NCBI GenBank assembly: GCA_963826115.1
Contig: CAWGVS010000003.1
Span: 1 to 64,000, forward strand
Origin: an uncultured Candidatus Rokubacteria bacterium
GTDB lineage: Bacteria > Methylomirabilota > Methylomirabilia > Rokubacteriales > DASRDR01
Direction: 5' to 3'
DNA: 64,000 bases
Shown: piece after piece, positions 30,988-41,201 of the stretch
Layout of the letters: every line of letters begins with the position of its first letter
How positions within the stretch are numbered: the first letter of the stretch is position 1
Translations under genes and position numbers: made by a program
Notes under the pieces: model-generated
The model's input: only the letters and a program-made list of their open reading frames with translations
Told to the model about the DNA's origin: nothing
Databases searched by the model: none

Positions 30988-31658
30988 TTAGAGCGATTTC
31001 AGTGCGTCGATCCGCTCTTGCGTGCCCGGATGGGTAGCGAGGAACCCTCCCCCACTGGCGCCCTCGGTCCGCAGGAGCCAGGTCAGCGTGTTGATCATGA
31101 CTTTTCTTTCGAAGACCCGGCACGCCGGAGGATATCCACGCCGTGGCGGTCCGCCTCGTATTCCTCCTGACGGCTATAGCCCCGGGTAATCAGGGCGCCG
31201 GCGACGGGTGTGATGCGGCCACTGCCCGGAAACATCTGGTCGAGAATAATCATGCCGATACCAACTCCGGCGCCGAGCGCTTGCGCCTTGGCGACATGGC
31301 CAAGATCGTCGTGGGCGAGATCATGGGCCAGCACCCCCCTGAGCTGGTCATCGTTGGCCTTCTGAAGCAGCCCGGTGGTGACATAGAACTCACCTCCGCC
31401 GGCGCTGGCCGCGTTGACGTGCGGATCATCCATGATCCCCACCCGGACCTGATTCAAGGGACGCGGATGATCCATGGCTCGGACGAGCGGGACCACGCTG
31501 CGCCGAAGGCGCTCGGCCTGCTGCGCATCGAGCGGACGAGATGCGGGCTGGGTCCCGCCCGTGTGGGTCGGTTCACGCGACGGCGCGCTTCCGACCCCGG
31601 CGCAACCTCCGGTCAGCACGCAGAGGAAGAGGGCGGCCAGGAATGATGTTCGCATCAT
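30988..31658 (-). pseudogene. M48 family metallopeptidase lipoprotein, frameshifted near 31100
   Basis: Lipobox, NAASAGGG, degenerate HDLAH, YSRQEEYEAD; C-terminus FLATHPGTQERIDALKSL* lies in another frame. Confidence 0.8.
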
Positions 31659-31803
31659 CTCCTTCAGGATTCGAACACGAGCTTGCCGATCAGCAGCGCG
31701 ACACCACGGCAGGCACACATGGTAGGCGCCCAGTTACTCACGGCGGACGGCCCAGCCGGCAGCAACCTCTCTCGATCGAGGCCAGGCTCGGCATGCCTTC
31801 CCC

Positions 31804-31947
31804 TCATAGTCGGCCCGATAGCGCCAAGACAATAAGAATGAGAACGACGAGACCGACGCCACCTCCCAAATACGGGCCGCCGTACCGCCAACCGCCAGGG
31901 ACACCGACAACAAGCAGCACGATCAGGATGATGAGGAGCAGATTCAT
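31804..31947 (-). CDS. small Gly-rich membrane protein (DUF3309-like, 47 aa)
   Basis: AGGAGG RBS; MNLLLIILIVLLVVGVPGGWRYGGPYLGGGVGLVVLILIVLALSGRL*. Confidence 0.75.
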   Translation of the reverse strand: MNLLLIILIVLLVVGVPGGWRYGGPYLGGGVGLVVLILIVLALSGRL

Positions 31948-32043
31948 GGCCTGGCCTCCTTATCGACAACATTCGGAGTTCCCGAACTCGCACTACTGTA
32001 CTAGTACGGTAATACAGGCAGGTATTCGCGTCAATGCCCTTCT

Positions 32044-32559
32044 GTGAAACGCTCCACATGCTCTCGGCGGCTACCCCCGTGCATTTCGTGGGCGACGTCC
32101 TCGACAGTCACAAGACGACGATCTCGCACATTGTCCCTGGGGTTAGCGGCCGGCGCCCTTGTCTCCTGTGCAACCTCCCCCTCCTCGCAACAGCCGGTAC
32201 AGTCGAGCAACCCGAGCGTGACCTACAACTACCGGACTGACCAGGAACTGCTTCAGGCCAACCAGAACGCGACGACGTTCTGCAGTCCGTATCAAACGAC
32301 CCCGCGTACCTCCAGCATCACGAGCAATGCAGACGGGAGCAAGGCCGTGCACTTCGAATGCGTGCGGACAACGCTGCCCGCGCCCGCCCCGACCCCTCCC
32401 AGCCAGACCTACAGCTATCGAACGGATCAGGAGTTGGTGCAAGCGTCTCAGACCGCGAGCGCCTCCTGCCCGAAGTCCAGCTCGCAGCCGATGACGTCGA
32501 GCATGGCGACCAATTCGGATGGAACCAAGACCGTGACGTTCCAATGTGGCCCGCGGTGA
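32044..32559 (+). CDS. lipoprotein with two tandem Cys-containing repeats (start uncertain)
   Basis: Lipobox LVSC; TY.YRTDQEL.QA...C...TSS....DG.K.V.F.C occurs twice, 186 bp apart. Confidence 0.7.
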   Translation: MKRSTCSRRLPPCISWATSSTVTRRRSRTLSLGLAAGALVSCATSPSSQQPVQSSNPSVTYNYRTDQELLQANQNATTFCSPYQTTPRTSSITSNADGSKAVHFECVRTTLPAPAPTPPSQTYSYRTDQELVQASQTASASCPKSSSQPMTSSMATNSDGTKTVTFQCGPR

Positions 32560-33032
32560 ACAGGCTCTGCGTCGCATCGACGATGTAGGCGAGAACAGGG
32601 ACTCACGGTTCACGTGCTTAACGACCACTCTGAGAGCCGCCGTGCAGTCCCTCTCTTGCTCGCGATCCCCCAAGAGGGATCGCCAAGCCCGCCTCGCATA
32701 GTGTGACGTGTCGTTGAAGAGCGTCAGGCGCGCGTGGGCATCGTCCCTGAAGTCGGGCTCTGGTCGAGGTGCTCCTGATCGAATCGCTGATCGAAGCCCG
32801 GGCGCGAACTCAGCAGTAAACGGGGCGTAACCCTGGCAGGAACACCCTGGGAGCGGCGGCGGACGCTGCAAACGCCTCCACCACGCCCGTCCCGAACGGT
32901 ACCACACGCACGCGCCGAGGCGAGACCGCCAGACGGCTAGTACAATCGGGACCTTTTCCCCGATCTCGCACGTTCAACCTCGATTGGAGCTCGGAAGGTT
33001 CCGGCCAATCTGCGCCCACCCGGGGCGCCACC

Positions 33033-33509
33033 CTACGACTTGCGCCCGCTCTTCCTCCGGCCGTGCTTCAGCTCGTGCCGAGTGGTCGCCTCGTCAACCG
33101 AATGAGACTGCATCAGATCGATGTCCCGCTTGGCCATCGCCGCGAGCTTCGCGTAGTGACGGTGGAGCACATCGAGCTCCGCCTCGGAGAGATCTTCGAC
33201 GTTGACCATTCGGTTGCTCGCCCCGTCGACTGCGGCCACGATCTCGTTCAGTTTGAGCTGGATGGCAAGCGAATCCTTGTTCTGGGATCGCTGGATAAGG
33301 AACACCATCAAAAAGGTCACGACGGTCGTCCCTGTGTTGATCACGAGCTGCCACGTGTCGGAGAAGTGAAACACCGGGCCAGTCATGCCCCACACCACGA
33401 TGGTCGCCAGCGCGAGACTGAAGCCCCTCGCGCTTCCCGTGAATCGCGTGATGGTGCGCGCCATGGCTTCCAAACGTCGTCCGAGGCCGCTGACTCCCGT
33501 TCCCGTCAT
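33033..33509 (-). CDS. low-affinity iron permease family (Fet4-like) protein
   Basis: FSDTWQLVINTGTTVVTFLMVFLIQRSQNKDSLAIQLKLNE. Confidence 0.88.
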   Translation of the reverse strand: MTGTGVSGLGRRLEAMARTITRFTGSARGFSLALATIVVWGMTGPVFHFSDTWQLVINTGTTVVTFLMVFLIQRSQNKDSLAIQLKLNEIVAAVDGASNRMVNVEDLSEAELDVLHRHYAKLAAMAKRDIDLMQSHSVDEATTRHELKHGRRKSGRKS

Positions 33510-33991
33510 CGTCCGTGCCTCCACCCGGCGAGGCTAGCATGGCGGCTGGACCGTCGCTCAGTGCTAGGCATGAGCCGGAAGCTTGTCGTCGCCGGAAACG
33601 CTTGCTTGATCGGCCACCCACGACTCGCTCGAGCTCGGCGAGCACCTCGCCCTCCGGCCGGCAATGAAAACGCACGACCCGGATCCCCGAGTCCTGGTGA
33701 GCGTGATGCGCAACGTCGGTGCTCACTGCTCCGACTACGGCCCGGACCGCGGCGTGACACCATGCGCTAGGATGCCCCTGGGCAGGGAACGAGCATGCAG
33801 CGCATCCACACGCCCCGGTCGACGCCGGCGGGTCGCCAGAGAGATCCCCTGAGGACACCGATACCGGACGTGTTGGACGTGTGCTCTAGGCGGCCGGGGA
33901 TGAGTGGCCCTTCCAGCTTCGCTGAATGCCCGGCGAGGCATCCGGCAGTCGCATCGGGGGCTACGGCGTGGGCCGTAACCCCCGATGGCGT

Positions 33992-34066
33992 TGGAGCGGG
34001 CGACCGGAATCGAACCGGCGACGTCCAGCTTGGGAAGCTGGCATTCTGCCGCTGAATTACGCCCGC
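33992..34066 (-). tRNA. tRNA-Gly(CCC)
   Basis: GCGGGCG acceptor stem, anticodon arm CCAGC-TTCCCAA-GCTGG, GGTTCGATTCC T-arm, encoded CCA. Confidence 0.97.
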
Positions 34067-34078
34067 GTTCCCAGTCGG

Positions 34079-34108
34079 AGTCTAGTCAGCCGCCCGTCGC
34101 CCTGTCAA
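34079..34108 (-). promoter_or_regulatory. sigma70-type promoter of tRNA-Gly
   Basis: TTGACA-18 nt-TAGACT ending 12 nt upstream of the tRNA. Confidence 0.65.
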
Positions 34109-34177
34109 TGGTGGGGTACCCGGGTCGCGTCCCCGGGCGCACCCGCAGTTGGCCCCGTCCTGACGGACCTTCCGCGC

Positions 34178-35275
34178 TCAGTCGAAGAGGATCTTCCGCA
34201 GGCGGACGGCGGTCGCCTGGTCCAGCGCGAACTGCCCGGCGACCAGGCGCTCGACCTCTTCCCCGCCCACCGGGGTCACGTCGAGCCGAGCGCGGGCGGC
34301 CTCGGCCAGGAACTCGGAATCCCGGAGGGTCGCCTGGAGGGCCCGGCGGAGCGTCGCCACGCGCTCCGGCGGCGTCCCCGGCGGCAGGACGTACGGCCGA
34401 GCCAGCCCGCTCGCACGAAGGATCGTGGCGGCGACGAGCCGCCGCGCGTCGTCGGTCCGAACCAATGCCGTGACGAGGGGCACCGCCGGAAGGTCCGGCA
34501 GGGCCCGCGACGCCAGCTGCAGCACCGCGACGATCTCCCCCGTCTCGAGGGCGGACTGCCATGCCGTCCGCATCGACGTCCAGTTGAAGCAGGCGCCGTC
34601 CAGCTCACCCGCCTCGACCGCGAGGCGGATCGCCGCCGTGCCGCGGTAGCCGCTCACGAGCTGGATGGGAAGCCCGAGGACCACCTTCAGGACTCGCGTC
34701 GCGTTGTCGCCGTTCGAGCCCGGCGCCGTCCCGCCGAGCTTGACCGGCGCCGCGGCCGACATCCACCGGTCCAGGCTCCCGATCCCGCTCGCCCGCGAGA
34801 AGGCGCACACGACGTGCTCGCTGGAGCCGACGCCCAGGTACTCGAACCGCCGCGCGTCGAACTCGATCCCGGGCCGCCCGAGGACCTGCCCGAGGAGGAG
34901 GTCGCCGCTGAAGTGCCCGATCGTGAGGCCGTCTGGCTTCGACACCTTGTAGAGGTGGTTGGCCGCCACGAGACCCCCCGCCCCGGACAAGCTCTCCACC
35001 GCGACGGCGGGATCCCCGGGGATGTGCCGTCCGAGGTGTCGCGCCACGGCCCGCGCGTGCACGTCGAAGCCGCCGCCCGCGGCGTTGACGACGATCCGGA
35101 TCGTCTTGCCCCGGAAGAAGTCCGCGTCGTCGGCCGCGGCGCTCCGAGCCGCACCGGTCGCGAGACTCAGGAGGCACAGCCCCATCGCGACCGCGCGCGT
35201 CCTCCAGACGCCCGGCACCGGGTGGGTACCCGCCTCCGGACAGCTCGGAGCCGACGAAGCGTCGTGTGGAAACAT
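34178..35275 (-). CDS. tripartite tricarboxylate transporter substrate-binding protein (Bug/TctC; start uncertain)
   Basis: FFRGKTIRIVV..GGGFDVHAR..HIPGDP..GAGGLVAANHLY..PDGLTI, SGYRGT. Confidence 0.88.
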   Translation of the reverse strand: MFPHDASSAPSCPEAGTHPVPGVWRTRAVAMGLCLLSLATGAARSAAADDADFFRGKTIRIVVNAAGGGFDVHARAVARHLGRHIPGDPAVAVESLSGAGGLVAANHLYKVSKPDGLTIGHFSGDLLLGQVLGRPGIEFDARRFEYLGVGSSEHVVCAFSRASGIGSLDRWMSAAAPVKLGGTAPGSNGDNATRVLKVVLGLPIQLVSGYRGTAAIRLAVEAGELDGACFNWTSMRTAWQSALETGEIVAVLQLASRALPDLPAVPLVTALVRTDDARRLVAATILRASGLARPYVLPPGTPPERVATLRRALQATLRDSEFLAEAARARLDVTPVGGEEVERLVAGQFALDQATAVRLRKILFD

Positions 35276-35340
35276 GGCGCGCGACTCGAAGCCGATGATA
35301 GCGCAGGCTTCGAGCAGCAGTTTCGGGGCGAGACCGTGGT

Positions 35341-36858
35341 TCAGGGCGACGTCCCGTCTCCCGTGCCGTCGTCCATGCCCGAGGCGTCCGGCTCGGCAGC
35401 CTGTCGGCGCAGCCACGCCACGGCCTCGTCGTGGGTCCCCACGAGGCCGAGCGCCTGCGCCTCGCGAGCCCGGCGGAGCCAGCGTCCCACCGCCGGCCCG
35501 GGCGGGACGCCGAGGATCGCCATCACGTCGTCCCCGCGCACGAGCGGCGCCTCGGCCGCTTCGCGGGCGGCGGGGGCCTCGCCGGCGAGGAGCGACTCGA
35601 GCAGCCGGCGCGTCTTGCCCCGGTAGACGAGGCCGGGCGCGCGACCATCCGTGCCCGCCGCGTCGGCAATCGTCAGGCACACGAGAGCGGGCACGTCCTC
35701 GCCGACGTCGCGGTGAAACCGGTAGCGCGCGCGATGGGTGACGGCCTCGAGCATCCCGAGGTGCATCGGCCGGAGGTGGTGGCGGACCAGCCGAGTCAGA
35801 ACCTCGATGGCGCGGCCGGGCCACGCGAGCCGGCTCGCCACCGCGGCAACGCGCTCGGCGCCGATCCGGTCGTGGCCGATGAACCGCGTGCGGCCATCCG
35901 CCTCGACGCTCCGGGTCTCCGGCTTGGCCACGTCGTGGAGGAGCACGGCCAGCTTCCACACCTCTCGCCGCGTGAGGCCGCCGCGCAACGGCTCGGCAAA
36001 GGACTCGAGGGCCCGCGCGTCGTGGGGACCGAGGAGCCGGAGGTCCGCCAGGAGCGCGTCGGCGGCCTCGAGCGCGTGGAGCGAGTGCTCCCACACGGTG
36101 AAGTGGTGCGGGAGCGACTGGGTCGTCACGCGCATCGGCTCGATCTCGGGCAGCACGACCCGGAGGGCGCCCCAGGCGTCGGCCTGGCGGATGGCAGCCG
36201 CGGTCCGTGGCAGACGGAGGACGTGGGTGAGCTCGTCGCGAACGCGCTCGGCCGAGACCGAGGCGAGGCCGGGAACCGCCGCGCGCGCGAGGGCTTCCGT
36301 CTCCGGCTCGACGGCAAAGTCGAGCTCGTGGGCGAGCCGGACCACCCGGAGAACCCGGAGAGGATCGTCGGCGAGCGCGGTGGCCCGGCACGCGCGGAGC
36401 CGCCGCGCCTCGAGGTCGCCGAGGCCGCCCGTGGGATCGTGCACGGCGGCGGGGCCCCGCAGGAGCGCGCGGAGATCCGCGGCCAGGGCGTCGACGGTCA
36501 CGTCTCGCCCGAAGAGGTCCGCCTCGAGAGTCGGCCCGCGGAGGTTGGCCAGATCGACGTGGAGCGGGAGCGGGCTTGCCACCACCACGCGCGCCATGCC
36601 GTGGGCCTCGCCGAGGGGCACGAACGCGGCGCCCAGCCGGTCGGCCAGACGGCGGGCCGCCGCATCGCTGCCTGCCGGCACTGCGAGGTCGACGTCGCGA
36701 AGCCGCCGTCCGAGGAGGAGGTCCCGGACCGCGCCGCCGACCAGCCAGACCGGTCCCTCGATGGTCTCGACCACGGTCGCGAGCAACGGCCGAAGTGGCT
36801 CGGCCGGCCCGAGCGCCGCCGTGACCGCGGGCCGGGGATCAGCCGGGCGCGACGTCAT
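35341..36858 (-). CDS. tRNA nucleotidyltransferase/poly(A) polymerase with HD domain
   Basis: LVGGAVRDLLLG..DVDL, RDVTVDALA, DDPLRVLR, SAERVRDEL, LLHDVAKP. Confidence 0.9.
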   Translation of the reverse strand: MTSRPADPRPAVTAALGPAEPLRPLLATVVETIEGPVWLVGGAVRDLLLGRRLRDVDLAVPAGSDAAARRLADRLGAAFVPLGEAHGMARVVVASPLPLHVDLANLRGPTLEADLFGRDVTVDALAADLRALLRGPAAVHDPTGGLGDLEARRLRACRATALADDPLRVLRVVRLAHELDFAVEPETEALARAAVPGLASVSAERVRDELTHVLRLPRTAAAIRQADAWGALRVVLPEIEPMRVTTQSLPHHFTVWEHSLHALEAADALLADLRLLGPHDARALESFAEPLRGGLTRREVWKLAVLLHDVAKPETRSVEADGRTRFIGHDRIGAERVAAVASRLAWPGRAIEVLTRLVRHHLRPMHLGMLEAVTHRARYRFHRDVGEDVPALVCLTIADAAGTDGRAPGLVYRGKTRRLLESLLAGEAPAAREAAEAPLVRGDDVMAILGVPPGPAVGRWLRRAREAQALGLVGTHDEAVAWLRRQAAEPDASGMDDGTGDGTSP

Positions 36859-37834
36859 CGAGAGCGGGGCGCGACGTCTCGCGGGCACCGCGCCCGCCGG
36901 CGCGCGACGCTACCCAGCCCGACAGCCGGGCGAGGGCCGCGACGCCGCCCACGATCGTGTAGAGGATCCCGAGCGCCTGGAGCTCATCCCACCAGCTCGA
37001 GTCCAGGCCGGCTGCTCGGAGCCGGGCGCGGTCGAGGCGCCACGCGGGGCGCAGCGCGTCCCGCCGGGTGAGCGCGACGCCCAGCACCGGCACCAGGGTC
37101 AGGACGTGCCAGGGCCCGACGCGAAACCCGGCTCGGCGGCGGTGGACGGCCGCCCAGCGGTTCGTCCGCCAGACCTTGCGGAGAAAGACCCGCCCGGCGT
37201 CGAGCGTCGGATGCCGCACGACGGCCTCCGGCGCGTACGCGAGGCGCGCCCCCTGCCCCACGGCGCGCAGCACGAACTCGAAGTCCCCGCCGGAGGGGAG
37301 CGCGGGATCGAAGCCGCCCCACGCCTCGAAGTCGCGCCGGCGCACGAGGAGGTTCGCGGTCGCCGCCCGCGACCGGGCCACGTTCCGGCGCTGGTCGAGG
37401 AACATGTCCGCGCTGAGGAGCGACCACAGGGTCGGCCGGGTCGGCGGGGCCGGGATCACCTCCCCGGCGACGATGTCGGCGTCCCCGAGGGCCGCCAGCC
37501 CCGCCGTCAGCCACTCCGGGTCCGGCAGACAGTCGCTGTCGCAGAAGGCGAGGACGTCCCCGTTCGCCGCCACCGCGCCCCGGTTCCGCGCCGCATACGA
37601 GGTCCGGCGCGGCCCACCAAGCACCCGTATGCGCCCGTGGTCCACCTCGGTGACCCCGAGCCTCTCCGCCGAGCCGTCGTCCGCGATGACCACCTCCAAG
37701 CGGTCCGCGCTCAGGGTCTGCCCCTCGAGCCGGCGGAGGAGCGCGGCGACGCCCGCCGGATTGTCGCGGACCGGCACGACGACCGACACCAACAGCTCGC
37801 GGCCGGCCTGCCCGGCCGGGGCGACCGGGCTCAT
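36839..37834 (-). CDS. glycosyltransferase family 2
   Basis: VSVVVPVRD, ADDGS, AARNRG, FCDSDC, GGDFEF. Confidence 0.88.
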   Translation of the reverse strand: MSPVAPAGQAGRELLVSVVVPVRDNPAGVAALLRRLEGQTLSADRLEVVIADDGSAERLGVTEVDHGRIRVLGGPRRTSYAARNRGAVAANGDVLAFCDSDCLPDPEWLTAGLAALGDADIVAGEVIPAPPTRPTLWSLLSADMFLDQRRNVARSRAATANLLVRRRDFEAWGGFDPALPSGGDFEFVLRAVGQGARLAYAPEAVVRHPTLDAGRVFLRKVWRTNRWAAVHRRRAGFRVGPWHVLTLVPVLGVALTRRDALRPAWRLDRARLRAAGLDSSWWDELQALGILYTIVGGVAALARLSGWVASRAGGRGARETSRPALDDVAPG

Positions 37835-38988
37835 CGCGTGCTCGCGCTCGCCGGCCACGTGGCGCGCTCCCGGCCGCGAACGAAATCGGCGATCCCCGTG
37901 AGCGCCGCGGCGTTGACGACGCAGAAGTAGACCCACAGGCGCACGGCGGCGGGCACCGGCACGCCGCGCCCGATGGCCACCGCCCCGGCGGAGAAGGCGG
38001 CCAGGCCGACGAGCGCGACGGCCAGGGTCACGTGCCGGACCCAGCCCTCGAGCTCGATCACGCCGATCAGGAGGGCCCCGAGGGCGAACACGGGGGCGAG
38101 CCAGCGCAGGAGCTTGTGGCTCGCCAGCCGAAAGGCCAGCACCGGACGCAGCGGCACCAGGAAGAAGCGGACGTGGGCGTGCGCGCCCAGCTGCCGCGTC
38201 ACCATGCGCGCCTTCCGGTGGAACTCCTCCCGGAGACTCGTGGCCGCCTTCTCGAAGACGCGCGCCCTGGGCTCGACGACCACCTCGTAGCCGGCGGCGA
38301 GCGCCAGGAGCGGGTTGAGGGCGTCGTCGGAGATCCCCGGCGGAAGGGTCCGGCAGAGCTCCCGCCGGAGAGCGTAGATGGCTCCGGTCGCCACCAGGGT
38401 CCCGCCGAACCGGCCCTCCATCTCCTTGATCGCGGTCTCGAGCCGCCAGTAGAGCCCCTCGCCCGCGCGGACCTCCGGATCGTGCCCGTTGACGTACACC
38501 AGCTCGCCGACCACGCAGCCGACGGCCGGCGAGGCGAACGGCCCGACGAGGTGCTGGAGCGCGTCCTCGTCGAACCGCGCGTTGGCGTCCGTGAAGACGA
38601 CCGCGTCGCCCGACGAGGCGCCGACCATCTCGTTGAGGATCGCCGTCTTCCCGCGACGCGAGGGGGCGTCGACCACGCGCACGCCGTGCCCGCCGAACGA
38701 GCGGGCGATCTCGGCCGTGTCGTCGGTGGACCCGTCGGAGCCCACCACGATCTCCAGGCGGTCCCGCGGGTACCGGAGGGCCAGGAGGTTCTCCAGGCGG
38801 CGGCGGAGCCAGGCGGCCTCGTTGTGCGCCGGCAGCACGACCGTCACCCGCGGCAAGCGCGAGGGCTCGCCCGGGAGGAACGCGCGCGGGCGCCGGCCGG
38901 TCACGCGGACCGCGAGCCAGAGGAGCGCGGGGTACCCGACGTAGGCGTACGCGACGAGCCCGGCGAGGATCCAGAACAGGGCCGTCAC
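37831..38988 (-). CDS. glycosyltransferase family 2 (membrane-anchored)
   Basis: YVGYP, PAHNE, SDGSTDDT, FTDAN, GEGLYWRLE, SHKLLRW. Confidence 0.9.
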   Translation of the reverse strand: MTALFWILAGLVAYAYVGYPALLWLAVRVTGRRPRAFLPGEPSRLPRVTVVLPAHNEAAWLRRRLENLLALRYPRDRLEIVVGSDGSTDDTAEIARSFGGHGVRVVDAPSRRGKTAILNEMVGASSGDAVVFTDANARFDEDALQHLVGPFASPAVGCVVGELVYVNGHDPEVRAGEGLYWRLETAIKEMEGRFGGTLVATGAIYALRRELCRTLPPGISDDALNPLLALAAGYEVVVEPRARVFEKAATSLREEFHRKARMVTRQLGAHAHVRFFLVPLRPVLAFRLASHKLLRWLAPVFALGALLIGVIELEGWVRHVTLAVALVGLAAFSAGAVAIGRGVPVPAAVRLWVYFCVVNAAALTGIADFVRGRERATWPASASTR

Positions 38989-40967
38989 GCCGGGGGGCCG
39001 CTCGCGGGGAGGTCGTCCGGGAGCGGGCGCGCGAGGTCGAGGAGCTGCGCCTCGACGAGCGCGCGGTACGCCGCGCTCCGGCCGAGCAGCTCGGCGTGGC
39101 GCCCCCGGTCGACGATGCGGCCGCGCTCCAGGAGGACGATCAGGTCCGCGTGTGCCACCGTGCTCAGCCGGTGGGCAATCACGAACACGGTCCGCCCGCG
39201 CATCAGGGACGCGAGGCTCCGGTGGACGAGGCGCTCGCTCGCGGCGTCGAGCTCGCTCGTCGCCTCATCGAGGATGAGGATGCGGGGGTCCGGGAGGATC
39301 GCGCGCGCGATGGCGATCCGCTTCCGCTGTCCCCCGCTCAGGCGCACTCCGCGCTCTCCGACCAAGGTGTCGTAGCCCTGGTCGAGCTCCTCGATGAACT
39401 CCGCGGCCATCGCGGCCTCCGCCGCCCGCCTGACGGCCTCCGGCGAGGCGCCGCGCGCGCCGTACGCGATGTTCTCCGCGATCGTCCCCTCGAAGAGGAA
39501 CACGTCCTGCTCGACCACGCCGATCAGCCGCCGGTAGGATCGGAGGTCGATCTTCCGAATGTCGACCCCGTCGAGCTCGACCACGCCCTCGGTCGGGTCG
39601 TGGAAGCGCGCGATGACGTCGCAAAGCGTCGACTTGCCCGCCCCGCTCGGGCCGACCAGGGCGACGACGTGGCCGGCCGGCACCTCGAGCGTGACGTCCC
39701 GCACCGCGGGGAGGCGTCGGGTCGGATACTGGAAGCTCACGCGGCGCAGGCTGAACCGGCCGGCGACGTCCTCCGGACGCGGCGCCAGCGTGCCCGAGGC
39801 GCCGGGGAACTCGGGCTCCTCCTCCAGGACGTCCAGGACGCGGTCGAGCGCGGCCAGGCCGTTCTGGACGCCGGCCGCCGAACTGGCGAGCGCGCCGAGC
39901 GGCTCCAGCAGCATGGCGAGGTAGAACAGGAGGGTTACGAGGCTGCCGACCGTGAAGGCCTGGCCCGGATCGAGGGTCCCCGCCGAGACCCGCGCCGCAT
40001 CAGACAGGATCCGACCGCCTCCGTACCAGAGGAGGACCGCGACCACGGTCGGCGCCAGGAGCAGCCAGCAGACCTCGACCGCGGCGGTGATCCACCAGGC
40101 GAGCATCGCCTGCCGGAGGTTCGTGTGCTGGTCCCTCGCGTCCCGGACGGCCTCGGTGCGCTGGCGGCCGAAGCCCCGGATGACGCGGATCCCGGCGAAC
40201 GCCTCCGTGACGTGAGCGTCGATCCGCCGCCGGAGGATTCGGATGTCGCGCCACACGGGCCGCATCCGGCGGATCCACCGGCGGTGGACGGCGTACGCGA
40301 CGGGCAGCAGGGCCACGACGACGACCAGCGCGCGCCACTCGACGAAGCCCAGGGCCACCACCGTGCCGATGAGCTGGATCAGCGATCGCGACGGCTGGAA
40401 GACCATCGCAAGCAGGAGGTCGCCGGCGCTCCCCACGTCCTCGCGCAGGAGGCTCGTCATCCCTCCCGACTGGTAGGCGCGGATGCGATGGAGGGGCAGC
40501 GTGAACGCGTGCGCGAAGACGCGCCGGCGCAGGTTGGACTGGAGCCGCCGGGCCGCCACGGTCGACAGGTAGCGTCCCCACGTCCCCACCGCCGTCGAGA
40601 GCGCCACCGCGACGACCAGCGCGACCGCGACCGCGCCGAGCAGCGCGCGGGGATCGGCCAGGCCGGCGGCAGCGAGGGCGGCGGGCACCGGGCGGTGACC
40701 GAGGACGTGGTCGATGGCGAAGCCCGTGGCCGCCGGCGGGACCAGCCGGAGCGCGGCCGCGGCGGTGACCGCGACCAGCGACACGCCCACGGTCGTCCGC
40801 AGGCCGCCGATGAGGCGCCAGAACGCCGGGATCAGCTCCCGGGCGGCGCGGTGCCGGGGACGTCCGCGTCGCGAGCCGGCGCTCCGCGCGCCCTCGGTCG
40901 CGAGCGCGAAGAGCTCCCGGCGGTACTCGAGGTAACGGAGCCGGCTCCCCCGGCGCGCGGGCCTCAC
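38985..40967 (-). CDS. ABC exporter, fused permease/ATPase
   Basis: TMD plus GPSGAGKST, LSGGQRKRIAIARA, ILDEATS, IAHRLST. Confidence 0.92.
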   Translation of the reverse strand: MRPARRGSRLRYLEYRRELFALATEGARSAGSRRGRPRHRAARELIPAFWRLIGGLRTTVGVSLVAVTAAAALRLVPPAATGFAIDHVLGHRPVPAALAAAGLADPRALLGAVAVALVVAVALSTAVGTWGRYLSTVAARRLQSNLRRRVFAHAFTLPLHRIRAYQSGGMTSLLREDVGSAGDLLLAMVFQPSRSLIQLIGTVVALGFVEWRALVVVVALLPVAYAVHRRWIRRMRPVWRDIRILRRRIDAHVTEAFAGIRVIRGFGRQRTEAVRDARDQHTNLRQAMLAWWITAAVEVCWLLLAPTVVAVLLWYGGGRILSDAARVSAGTLDPGQAFTVGSLVTLLFYLAMLLEPLGALASSAAGVQNGLAALDRVLDVLEEEPEFPGASGTLAPRPEDVAGRFSLRRVSFQYPTRRLPAVRDVTLEVPAGHVVALVGPSGAGKSTLCDVIARFHDPTEGVVELDGVDIRKIDLRSYRRLIGVVEQDVFLFEGTIAENIAYGARGASPEAVRRAAEAAMAAEFIEELDQGYDTLVGERGVRLSGGQRKRIAIARAILPDPRILILDEATSELDAASERLVHRSLASLMRGRTVFVIAHRLSTVAHADLIVLLERGRIVDRGRHAELLGRSAAYRALVEAQLLDLARPLPDDLPASGPPA

Positions 40968-41201
40968 GGGCGGCGCCGGCTCACGCGAGCGCCCGGCCCC
41001 GCGCGCGAGCGTCGATCACGCACGAGGAGCAACGAGGGCCGTGTTCCGATCGCATGCCACGCGGTCACGATTGTACGACACGGGCCGCCGCCGCCGCCCG
41101 GCACGCGCCGGCCGATTCCCTCAGCGGAACGGGACCTTGCCGCGCGACCGGGGTCGCTCGATAATCGCGGCCATGACGCCATCGCGACCGGGGAACGTCT
41201 A

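Noticed and set aside
32984-32990. TTGGAGC match to the tRNA-Gly 3' end as a possible att site
   Set aside because: Only 7 bp and expected by chance; no integrase nearby
33664-33852. 62-aa ORF next to the tRNA
   Set aside because: No recognisable motif or RBS; may be an island remnant
35276-36391. Apparent 737-aa TctC fusion
   Set aside because: The extension overlaps the CCA-enzyme gene in another frame and is low-complexity
39096-41201. Long N-terminal extension of the LLM ORF (960 aa)
   Set aside because: Antisense to the ABC exporter; LLM homology starts only near 41202
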